From Bacteroidota bacterium (GTDB taxonomy: Bacteria > Bacteroidota > Bacteroidia > NS11-12g > UBA955): a DNA stretch of 64,000 nucleotides. Location: assembly GCA_016787485.1 (NCBI GenBank), contig JAEUUL010000005.1:5588-69587 (forward strand), written 5' to 3'. A program made the translations under genes and the position numbers. The notes beneath the pieces were generated by a model that was not told where the DNA came from, searched no databases, and worked only from the letters and a program-made list of their open reading frames with translations. Positions 54,201 to 62,187 of this stretch are shown piece by piece; positions within the stretch are counted from its first letter, which is position 1; each line of letters starts with the position of its first letter.

Positions 54201-57200
54201 TGAATTGTTCTGATAAATATATTGTTGCGGATAATAATTGCGGTACTGGTATTCCGGCAAATCCGGACGATAGGGCTGATAGGGTTCCGGTTCGTACTTT
54301 GGCGGGACCGGCAGTTTGGTGGTATCTTTAAACAAAGGGTCGAACCAGAAATGATTGGTTTGAATGCCATACGTTGCAGCAAATCCGAACAGTTTATAGG
54401 CCTGAAGCAGGTCGGCCGGCGCATCGGTTATATGTTCTGTTTGTGTAAAACTATGAACGGTATTGGGTGTAAAACGAAATTCATGCGCATATCCTTTTTT
54501 CCACTGTAACTCTACCCAGTCGCCGTCTTTGAACGGTACCATCATCATGAAACTTTCATAATTTGTGTACCGGTTATTTTGTTTTCCGGGAGTGAACAAC
54601 TGCGTTTTTACCTGTGCCCATGGCAGTTGATAGGACATCTGTGAGCCAAATGGAAATGCACGGATGATTTTATGATTTACAGATACAATAAAAGTATCCT
54701 GAAGGTACTCATTCAGGCGGAAAAACAAGGTGCGTTCCGCAAGCATTCGTGCCTCGGTGAGTGAAAATTGTCCGGCACCTGCACTGTCACCGGTTTTTAG
54801 AATTTTCAAACTATCCGTATGCAAACAAAGGAAATGTTTTTTCCCATTTTCTATCTGCACATTTCTAAAGGAAAAAATGCGGTCATAGGTGCGGACTTCA
54901 AAGTGATATGTGCCCGGTTCTATCCGCTGCACCATAGGGTGACTTTTGCCCGGAATCCAGAACAACTCACCGTCTTTTTTCACCCATTGAATGCCTTCCA
55001 TCGCACCCAATCCATGCGAATAAAATTCTATTTCTGTGCTTTTTCTGGGGGTTGTGTCTTTCAGCACCTGAAATCCTTTTTCGGGGTAGGCCAGCCGGAA
55101 CATGGCATTGTCCCTGAGCCGGAAAGCGGGAACCTGCCAGGCTTTCACCGGAGTTTGCGTCTGCACGGTAGCTCTTACCACCGGGAATTGACGTGTGGGC
55201 AGTGGTTTTTGGGGTTTGACCAATCCCAGATAAGGGACATTCGGTGTAACGATTCCTTCCAGTTGTGTGTTTACAGCCCATGCCGCCAGGTTCACTTTGT
55301 TCAGGGGTTTACCCCAGGCATCTGTTATGCGCAATTGCACTGCCACTTCCTGTCCCGGATAAATGGTGGCAGGGTGGGTGATTTGTATGTTTACTTTTCT
55401 TTCTGCCAGGTGAAAACTCCGGCTGTAGAAGCGGGGGGTTGTAACAGACCCTTCGAGTATGCCATATTGGAGATGATAGGATTCTTTTTCTGTATTTCGT
55501 GCATGATAATGCAGTTCGGTATTACGGCCCGATGCTACAATTTTATTGTTTGCATAAATGCGGTAAAACACAGGAATATCTTTGTGAGAAACAAAATGAA
55601 TATGCACTGAATCATGGGTGCGGTTGCCGCTTACTTCGGGCAGACTGGTCTGGCGGTAGAAAGTGGCAGTCAGTGTATCACCGCGGTAGATTTGTGCGTT
55701 GTATACATTGGTGGGCAGATACTGATGAAATGGTGTAAAAAAAACAGAATCAGCGAGTAAATCATTGCGGCTGTATATTTTAATGCGCATTTTTCTGCGG
55801 GTACTTATATTGTTATACAATCGCAGCACATGCAGCGTGTCCTCCTTCAATGAAGCTTCCTGCCGGTCCCGTGTTGTTTTGTAGTAAAAACTCACTTCAC
55901 GTTTCTGTGTTTCATTGTCTGAAGTGATAAGGGTGCATTGGGCATTGAAATTTCCATCGAGAGGAATGAAAACAGAATCGGGCACATCAAAAACAGTAAC
56001 TCCGGATGGATCGGTTTGCATGGAAATTTCATACCAGCTGTTCCACTTTTTATTGGTGATTACTACAGAATCCCCATCGGTAAAATTTACATTGGTAAGG
56101 TAGAGTTTTAAACGCAGCACACCATCCATTACAGGCAAATGATTGGCAGTGGTAACCGAAGCATAGAAACGCACACCGGATCCCGGTGTCACCTCATTTT
56201 TATCTGCCAGAAATGAAAATTGCAAATCGCGCAGTTCGTAATTTTCCAGCATGATGTATTGGCTGCGGATTTCTCTTCTTTTTTCATTCATCATCACCAG
56301 ATTCAGGGATTGGTCTATGACAAAACTGTCTGTTAGGACAAAAAATCCTGAGTAATCTCCACGGACCTCTGGTTTCAGCAGCAATTCCTTACCATGTCCG
56401 GTATAGTTTTGCGATAACCTGAACAACAGTTTTTCGCGCAGGGGTTTGCCTTTTTTGTTTACGACAAAGGCTTTGAAAAATACGGTATCCCAGGGCTTGT
56501 ACCTGGGTTTATTGGTTACCAGATAACCCTGATAGGGGATTTTGGAATAATTGTATCGGTCTCGCGGAGGAGCTGTATTGTTCTGTTTGTCGTAATATCC
56601 GTTGAGATGGGTAATTGTAAATATCCCATTTCTTTCAATTTTTAATTTGCCAAAAATCTGATTTCCGGGAATGCGATACCCCCCCACTGAACTGTCAAAC
56701 AGGCACAAAGACGTGTCAAGATGCACGGTTGCGTTGTACACAGGCAAGCCGGCAGTATCTTCGACAAAGATGAAGGTTTCAAATCCAATCTTGTGTACTC
56801 CGGCATTGAACAGGGGATTTTCAATGAGACGATAATTTACATTGTAAAGTGTTGCACTTACTTCAATAAAATATCCGTTTTCTTTGATATCCCACACATG
56901 AAATCTGTTCTGGTATTTACGGTATTTGTTTTCATCGGTAAAAGGATGAACCGGCATACCATCCATGGGTTTTTTACGCAGTGGAATCAAACTGTCTGAG
57001 TGCACTTTGCCGGCCAGGTAAGTGTACAGAAATGAACTGTCCATGCGGTCGGGATGATTCATTACAAACCGCATTTGCTCGGCATTCAGTTTATACAACA
57101 GCAGCCAGGGCGCGTTGAAACTTTGCCTGTAAATCCCTTGCGCACGAAGTGCAAGGGTACCAGCCAGAAAGAACAAGAGGAGTGAGATTTTTTTTCTCAT
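51276..57200 (-). CDS. alpha-2-macroglobulin / MG2-domain family giant secreted protein
   Basis: The ORF was trimmed to MRKKISLLLFFLAGTLALRAQ (ATG at 57200), giving about 1974 aa. It has repeated Ig-like MG-type segments, a CarboxypepD_reg-like insert (SEGRFVMENLQPGLYMLKIKADEYH) and an alpha/alpha-toroid-like segment (GNDGTWSWWGKGSGDYTVTTTAAIAMYRAQ). Confidence 0.6.
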   Translation of the reverse strand: MRKKISLLLFFLAGTLALRAQGIYRQSFNAPWLLLYKLNAEQMRFVMNHPDRMDSSFLYTYLAGKVHSDSLIPLRKKPMDGMPVHPFTDENKYRKYQNRFHVWDIKENGYFIEVSATLYNVNYRLIENPLFNAGVHKIGFETFIFVEDTAGLPVYNATVHLDTSLCLFDSSVGGYRIPGNQIFGKLKIERNGIFTITHLNGYYDKQNNTAPPRDRYNYSKIPYQGYLVTNKPRYKPWDTVFFKAFVVNKKGKPLREKLLFRLSQNYTGHGKELLLKPEVRGDYSGFFVLTDSFVIDQSLNLVMMNEKRREIRSQYIMLENYELRDLQFSFLADKNEVTPGSGVRFYASVTTANHLPVMDGVLRLKLYLTNVNFTDGDSVVITNKKWNSWYEISMQTDPSGVTVFDVPDSVFIPLDGNFNAQCTLITSDNETQKREVSFYYKTTRDRQEASLKEDTLHVLRLYNNISTRRKMRIKIYSRNDLLADSVFFTPFHQYLPTNVYNAQIYRGDTLTATFYRQTSLPEVSGNRTHDSVHIHFVSHKDIPVFYRIYANNKIVASGRNTELHYHARNTEKESYHLQYGILEGSVTTPRFYSRSFHLAERKVNIQITHPATIYPGQEVAVQLRITDAWGKPLNKVNLAAWAVNTQLEGIVTPNVPYLGLVKPQKPLPTRQFPVVRATVQTQTPVKAWQVPAFRLRDNAMFRLAYPEKGFQVLKDTTPRKSTEIEFYSHGLGAMEGIQWVKKDGELFWIPGKSHPMVQRIEPGTYHFEVRTYDRIFSFRNVQIENGKKHFLCLHTDSLKILKTGDSAGAGQFSLTEARMLAERTLFFRLNEYLQDTFIVSVNHKIIRAFPFGSQMSYQLPWAQVKTQLFTPGKQNNRYTNYESFMMMVPFKDGDWVELQWKKGYAHEFRFTPNTVHSFTQTEHITDAPADLLQAYKLFGFAATYGIQTNHFWFDPLFKDTTKLPVPPKYEPEPYQPYRPDLPEYQYRNYYPQQYIYQNNSTLNHNLNLYIQYEYNPTRIWLFHNTDSVLSLLENGYSFQYNHRDVGLSSRRNLHLYTRTKGRCAYTLVMQIDDSLWLVKPLITDSSANTFLKIQPKEFRRLTRREHLLFDRLAKNLSKEPLRNWKDTPTVNNGLFILPVKSKDGKSNIEGTVTGPAITYTVDNAFVVLEKQGTFVRGAFTNSEGRFVMENLQPGLYMLKIKADEYHYWIHYALEIKPGIQHLIHVSMKPHSEYNVKVAYDVAEGTADGMAVEADRVSPSYAPQVSEKYSRSSMALSQSNVSVMKKAAGISIRGSRADGNAATIDGIRVKNKAEVAYARKPEFKAWDEEEQEKEADRLDELAANPEARKTRKDFRDYAFWKPNFYTNRDGRAGFTVKYPDNITSWRMFVPAMDGKRHSGLGDMTIRSYKPVTSTLAMPAFLNEGDSVLCFSRTFNYTGLTLPGALRFGGKKAQELHLGNYHTDSLWLSGKIPGDTLSLETAFEMPNGYRDAEMRSLDVRAATILSGQSRFFEWTSDSTITLAPQAGDLGMEIAVYNQNLAMVLEMLKKAESLPAWDNRSAAQFLQVLLLKKRLCEWLNMPFTQDRQIRETMSRLKKAQGNDGTWSWWGKGSGDYTVTTTAAIAMYRAQLQGFDNNSWLNAARYMQKNITATWGSTRLEYLLCLHQMERKADYDSLIKTMVPEKMDQTEWLEYQLLTARLGRKVPVDATDRLLIPSANGNLYVQGTWNWRCAPVTDDAANTFRAWQLMYMAGAHTVKRKALVDYLITECTSPANAWIYGVEAMMAEARRDSGISKGLNCTLVANGKTFQNANMPAIFRLKPGETLKLEHRGAPVYVAWNRSFRTYAPVSDPNQFKITTETPEHNTAYLKTATALNLKVKVFAARDHYNAVAEIPIPAGTVYGQKIRFESPYESHREYLNDRVLIFFEHLPFGNHSFTIPLVTKFQGSFHTAPSRAALQFYPDRAGYTPAGNWCILR

Positions 57201-57318
57201 GTGCGTGGTCAAAATTACAATGAGAACAGTGAAAACAGGGGGAAGAATGTATGAGTGGCCCGATTGGATGTATAAAATGACAATCTGCGGAGGTGTGGAT
57301 GAGAAAGGTACGACAATT

Positions 57319-57852
57319 TCAGGCAGGCCCGAAAAACGGTGTAAGGGCCGGTGTTGTTTCTCCTGCAAGGTTCTTTTCCATCCATAGCACATCGTGCCAT
57401 CGATCCAGTTTGTATCCGGCCTTTTCATGGATGGTGAGATGGCGGAAACCACAGCGTGCATGAAGTTTTTCACTGGCCGGATTCGGCAGTGTGATGATGC
57501 CATAAGCTCTTGTGAACTTCCGTTCAACCAGCATATTCAGCAATTGGGAATAAAGGGTTTGGCCTAACCCACGGCCACGGGCGTTATCTGCCATGTAAAT
57601 ACTGGTTTCCACTGCCCATTTATAGGCTTCCCTTTCACGGTGGCGGCTGGCATACGCATAACCCAGCAGTTCGCCGTTTTCTTCCAGCACAAGAAATGGA
57701 TATTGCAAGGAAATGGCCTCTATGCGGTTTCTGAAGTCATGAAAACCCGGAAGCTGGTATTCAAAGGTGACTGGAGTATCGGCCACAAAAGGGAGATAAA
57801 TGTCCAGAATCGCGGAAGTATCGGAGGGCAAAACCGGTCTGATGTGCGGCAT
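57319..57852 (-). CDS. GNAT N-acetyltransferase (phosphinothricin acetyltransferase-like)
   Basis: 177-aa ORF with IRPVLPSDTSAILDIY...YASRHREREAYKWAVETSIYMADNARGRGLGQTLYSQLL, as in PAT/YwnH-type GNATs. Confidence 0.8.
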   Translation of the reverse strand: MPHIRPVLPSDTSAILDIYLPFVADTPVTFEYQLPGFHDFRNRIEAISLQYPFLVLEENGELLGYAYASRHREREAYKWAVETSIYMADNARGRGLGQTLYSQLLNMLVERKFTRAYGIITLPNPASEKLHARCGFRHLTIHEKAGYKLDRWHDVLWMEKNLAGETTPALTPFFGPA

Positions 57853-57911
57853 ACCTGCAAAATTACGCTGTTGCTTAATTCTGATATGTATATTTGTACA
57901 TCATATACCGC

Positions 57912-59216
57912 ATGAAATTTTGCTTCACCGCACTGATGCTTGCTTCTGCGAGCCTGGCAAGTGCACAGATAACCATTACTCAGGCTCATATGCCCAAAGC
58001 CAAAGACACCCTGCGTTATTCCACTGCTTCTGCTGCCGGGGTAGACCCCGAACCGGCCAACCGCGGCGCAAACCGTACCTGGGATTTCAGCAGCCTTACA
58101 GCAACCGGACAGGACATTTACAAGTATGTAGCTGCCAATACAACGCCTTATGCGTTTTATTTTTTTAATCAAATCGGGCAGAAAACGGCAGACAGTCTGG
58201 GTGCAGGGCCACTGGTGTTTAAGAATTTGTATTCTTTCTATACCTCCAATTCCAGCACTTTTAAAGCAGAGGGACTGGGTTACAGTTATTCCGGAATTCC
58301 ACTCGCAGCCAATTATACAGACGATGACGAGATTTATCAGTTTCCACTGAACTATGGCGACAGCGATGTTTCTACATTTAAATTCAAATTTGCGATTCCG
58401 GGACAGACTACTTTTTCATTCCTGCAGGCCGGCACGCGTACCAATGTGGTGGATGGCTGGGGCAGTATCACCACACCCTATAAAACGTATCCATCGGTAA
58501 TCCGGGTTCGCACATTTGTAGATGAAGTAGACAGTCTCATCACCCAGATAGCGAAAGTACCCATTCCCCGCAAACAAATGATTTACCGCTGGCTGAGTGC
58601 AGATGAACGGGTGCCGGTGCTGGAAATAACCGGTACCATGGTCGCCGGAAATTTCGTGGCCAATCAGGTCCGCTTCCGCGACAAATACAACGGATTGCAA
58701 TCACCTTTCCGTCCACGTGCCTCTTTTGTGGTAGATAAAACCTCCGGATTTGTCAATGCCGATACCTTTTCATTTACAGACCGCAGTACCCTGGGGCAGG
58801 GCTATACATGGCAAATCACACCGAATACAGACATAAAATATGTAAACGGAACCAACAACAAAAGCCGCAATCCCAGAGTGGTATTCGGACAACGCGGGCT
58901 ATACACTGTTTCCCTGGTGGTGAGCAACCCATTCGGCGCAGATGATACAACTGCAGTGGATTTAATCAATATCGCCTACGGGGTTGGCACCAGTGTTATG
59001 CAGCTTAAAGGAGCAGACCTTTACCCGAACCCTGCGAAAGATCACTTTTCATACAGATGTGCATTTCCCGTTAAATCAACAATCCAGGGGTTTGACGGAA
59101 GGCAGAAGAATCTGATCCTGATGCCCGGAAGACCAATCGATATCAGTAAATTCAGTCCGGGTGTATACATTGTAAAACCTGAGAATGCCCCTGCCCAGGT
59201 GTTGATAAAAGAGTAA
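57912..59216 (+). CDS. secreted PKD-domain protein with a T9SS C-terminal sorting domain
   Basis: The ORF trimmed to MKFCFTALMLASASLASAQ has a PKD-like segment (FSFTDRS...GLYTVSLVVSNPFGADDTT). Its C-terminus LYPNPAKDHFSY...GVYIVKPENAPAQVLIKE is typical of Por_Secre_tail. Confidence 0.75.
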   Translation: MKFCFTALMLASASLASAQITITQAHMPKAKDTLRYSTASAAGVDPEPANRGANRTWDFSSLTATGQDIYKYVAANTTPYAFYFFNQIGQKTADSLGAGPLVFKNLYSFYTSNSSTFKAEGLGYSYSGIPLAANYTDDDEIYQFPLNYGDSDVSTFKFKFAIPGQTTFSFLQAGTRTNVVDGWGSITTPYKTYPSVIRVRTFVDEVDSLITQIAKVPIPRKQMIYRWLSADERVPVLEITGTMVAGNFVANQVRFRDKYNGLQSPFRPRASFVVDKTSGFVNADTFSFTDRSTLGQGYTWQITPNTDIKYVNGTNNKSRNPRVVFGQRGLYTVSLVVSNPFGADDTTAVDLINIAYGVGTSVMQLKGADLYPNPAKDHFSYRCAFPVKSTIQGFDGRQKNLILMPGRPIDISKFSPGVYIVKPENAPAQVLIKE

Positions 59217-59299
59217 ACTGCGCCTGAGGTGTGTAATCTGACGCGCAAGCACTTGCATTGCGGTGTAATTCAATTATTTTCGCCGTCGCTTATACAATC

Positions 59300-60415
59300 G
59301 TGAAAATTGCAGTTCTGAAAGAATCCCGCGACGGAGAAAGAAGGGTGGCGGCGACGCCAACTTTGTGCGCCCAATGGGTAAAACAAGGCCACGAGGTGGC
59401 AGTTGAAACACAAGCTGGTATTGCAGCCAATTATACAGATGAAATGTATACCCTGGCAGGGGCATCCATAGCTCCCCGTGTTCAGGTGCTGAACGGGTCC
59501 AGGCTTGTATTGCATGTAAATCCTCCCACCGATGCGGAGATTGCAGAGTTGCCTGAAGGGGTAGCCTTCATATCCATGCTTTACCATCGCAGCAATCCAG
59601 CTGTTGCAGACGCACTGAACGGTCGCAGGGTATCCGCTTTTTCTCTGGATGCGATTCCCCGTATTTCCAGGGCTCAAAGTATGGATGTGCTCAGTTCCCA
59701 AGCCAATCTGGCAGGGTATAAAGCCGTTATCAAAGGTGCCGAGAATCTGGGTAAAATATTCCCGATGCTGATGACCGCAGCAGGTACGATCACCCCGGCC
59801 AAAGTTCTGATTTTTGGAGTGGGTGTGGCCGGCTTGCAGGCCATTGCGACCGCCAAACGACTGGGTGCAGTTGTGGAAGCCACGGATGTCCGGCCTGAAA
59901 CCAAGGAGCAGGTTGAATCTCTGGGGGGTAAGTTCATTGAAGTGAAAGGTGCCGAGGTAGGCAGCGAAGGCGGATATGCCAAAGAAGCCACCGAAGAATA
60001 CCGGCAGAAACAGCGCGAAGCTGTGAATAAATCACTGGCTCAGGCCGATTTGGTTGTTACCACAGCGCAGGTTCCGGGTCGCAAGGCTCCCGTACTCATA
60101 GATGAAGAACAACTGGGCATGATGAAGCATGGCTCGGTGGTTGTGGATATGGCTGCCGAGCAGGGTGGCAATTGCGCACGCACTGAAGCCGGAAAAATTA
60201 TTCAGGTGAACGGGGTTACCATTATCGGTGCCACCAATTTGCCTTCTGAATTGCCTATGAATGCCAGTGAATTGTTTGCAAAGAACATAGACGCACTGCT
60301 GAAACTGGTTGCCCCTAAAGGGGAATTGCAGTTTGATATGAATGACGAAATTGTGCAGGGTTGCCTTGTTTGTCACGAGGGAAAAGTACTGTTGGGTGAA
60401 ACGCAAAAAGCATAA
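59300..60415 (+). CDS. pntA: NAD(P) transhydrogenase subunit alpha, part 1
   Basis: The start is probably the GTG at 59300 (VKIAVLKESRDGERRVAATP). It has the Rossmann motif IFGVGVAGLQAIATAKRLGA. Confidence 0.88.
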   Translation: MKIAVLKESRDGERRVAATPTLCAQWVKQGHEVAVETQAGIAANYTDEMYTLAGASIAPRVQVLNGSRLVLHVNPPTDAEIAELPEGVAFISMLYHRSNPAVADALNGRRVSAFSLDAIPRISRAQSMDVLSSQANLAGYKAVIKGAENLGKIFPMLMTAAGTITPAKVLIFGVGVAGLQAIATAKRLGAVVEATDVRPETKEQVESLGGKFIEVKGAEVGSEGGYAKEATEEYRQKQREAVNKSLAQADLVVTTAQVPGRKAPVLIDEEQLGMMKHGSVVVDMAAEQGGNCARTEAGKIIQVNGVTIIGATNLPSELPMNASELFAKNIDALLKLVAPKGELQFDMNDEIVQGCLVCHEGKVLLGETQKA

Positions 60416-60418
60416 GAC

Positions 60419-60742
60419 ATGGAAATGATATTAGACTTTATAGGAGAAAACATTACCACCATTTACCTGATTATTTTGATGGTTTTTGTGGGAATCGAAC
60501 TTATCGGCCATGTGCCAAGTGTGCTGCACACTCCCCTGATGAGTGGTGCAAATGCCATTCACGGGGTGGTATTGATTGGTGCAATCATCGTATTGGGCCA
60601 TGCCAAAAGCGACGATTACTTTAGCCTGGTTGTAGGGTTTGTAGGTGTTATTGTGGGCACACTCAATGTCATTGGTGGCTTTGTGGTTACCGACCGCATG
60701 CTTGAAATGTTTAAGAAAAAACCGAAGGGAGGCGATAAATGA
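60419..60742 (+). CDS. pntA: NAD(P) transhydrogenase subunit alpha, part 2 (membrane)
   Basis: 107-aa ORF with three TM segments and the conserved HTPLMSGANAIHG. Confidence 0.85.
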   Translation: MEMILDFIGENITTIYLIILMVFVGIELIGHVPSVLHTPLMSGANAIHGVVLIGAIIVLGHAKSDDYFSLVVGFVGVIVGTLNVIGGFVVTDRMLEMFKKKPKGGDK

Positions 60743-62157
60743 AACATTTACAGGAACTCTTTTACCTCCTGGGTTCAGTTGGATTTATTGTAGGATTGAA
60801 AATGATGGGCAAGCCGGATTCTGCCCGCAAAGGGAATCTGGTGGCAGCCGCGGGTATGGCATTTGCCGTGCTCGGAGTGTTGTTTTTCAACTGGAGTGAA
60901 GCAGACGAATCCTTTCATATCACCGGCAATCTGGGACTTATTCTCGGAGGCATTGCCGTAGGTACGGTTGTTGGCTGGTTGATGGCCAAAAAGGTCAAAA
61001 TGACAAGCATGCCCGAAATGGTGAGCCTCTTCAACGGAATGGGAGGATTGTGCGCCGCGCTTATTTCCATCATTGAATGGCGAAGCCTCACCGGGGGTGC
61101 TGAAACAGTGACTTTGGAGGCCGGACATTATATCGCCATCATTGCCGGACTTATCATCGGAACGGTATCTTTCACAGGCAGTATTGTGGCCTGGGGTAAA
61201 CTCAGCGGCAAGCTGGGTGATTTCCGCTTTGGCGGTCAGCAATACATCAATATGGTTGTGCTGGCCGGATTGCTTGGCGCGGCATATATGAATTTCTCCG
61301 CAGCACAGGATGGCAATGGCATGTACTTTTACATAACCATTGCTATTGCCATTGTATATGGATTGCTTTTCGTGTTCCCCATTGGTGGAGCCGATATGCC
61401 GGTGGTGATTTCTCTGCTCAACTCTTTTACAGGTGTGGCAGCTGCCTGTGGCGGATTCCTTTACCATAACAATGTGATGCTGATGGGTGGTATTCTGGTG
61501 GGTTCTGCCGGTACCATTCTTACAGTGGTGATGTGTAAAGCCATGAACCGCAGTCTCACCAATGTTCTGTTGGGCAATTTCGGAGGTTCTTCTGCCACTG
61601 GCGGAAGCAGCAATGCTGCCGGAGGTTCTGTGCGTGAGGTACAGGCTACTGATGTTGCCATAATGATGAAGTATGCGACCAAAGTGATTGTGGTACCCGG
61701 TTATGGATTGGCGGTAGCTCAGGCGCAACACGTTGTACACGAGCTTGAACAAATCCTGGAAGAGGGTGGGGTTGAAGTGAAATATGCCATTCACCCTGTT
61801 GCAGGACGTATGCCCGGTCATATGAATGTATTGCTGGCAGAAAGTAACGTGAGCTACGATAAACTGGTGGAAATGGAGCATATCAATCCGGAGTTTAATA
61901 CTACGGATGTTGTCTTAGTTGTGGGTGCCAATGACGTTGTGAACCCGGCTGCTAAAACAGACCCGGGCAGCCCCATCTATGGTATGCCTATACTGGATGT
62001 AGAAAATGCAAAGCAAGTGGTGGTGTTGAAACGCAGTATGAAATCTGGTTATGCGGGTATCGAAAATGAGCTGTTCTACAATCCCAAGTGCGGTATGCTG
62101 TTTGGCGATGCCAAAGACAGCCTGCAAAAACTCGTAAACGAAGTGAAAATTCTGTAA
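60739..62157 (+). CDS. pntB: NAD(P) transhydrogenase subunit beta
   Basis: 472-aa ORF with an N-terminal membrane domain and the C-terminal dIII domain VVPGYGLAVAQAQH...IHPVAGRMPGHMNVLLAE...VGANDVVNPAA. Confidence 0.92.
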   Translation: MKHLQELFYLLGSVGFIVGLKMMGKPDSARKGNLVAAAGMAFAVLGVLFFNWSEADESFHITGNLGLILGGIAVGTVVGWLMAKKVKMTSMPEMVSLFNGMGGLCAALISIIEWRSLTGGAETVTLEAGHYIAIIAGLIIGTVSFTGSIVAWGKLSGKLGDFRFGGQQYINMVVLAGLLGAAYMNFSAAQDGNGMYFYITIAIAIVYGLLFVFPIGGADMPVVISLLNSFTGVAAACGGFLYHNNVMLMGGILVGSAGTILTVVMCKAMNRSLTNVLLGNFGGSSATGGSSNAAGGSVREVQATDVAIMMKYATKVIVVPGYGLAVAQAQHVVHELEQILEEGGVEVKYAIHPVAGRMPGHMNVLLAESNVSYDKLVEMEHINPEFNTTDVVLVVGANDVVNPAAKTDPGSPIYGMPILDVENAKQVVVLKRSMKSGYAGIENELFYNPKCGMLFGDAKDSLQKLVNEVKIL

Positions 62158-62187
62158 CGATTTCCTTCGGGACTCGTCTGTATAAAT

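Noticed and set aside
57201-57527. The N-terminal 109-codon extension of the 2083-aa ORF, which overlaps the GNAT gene.
   Set aside because: The extension has no signal peptide and overlaps the 3' end of the convincing GNAT gene. The internal ATG at 57200 begins a textbook signal peptide (MRKKISLLLFFLAGTLALRAQ), so I took that as the start.
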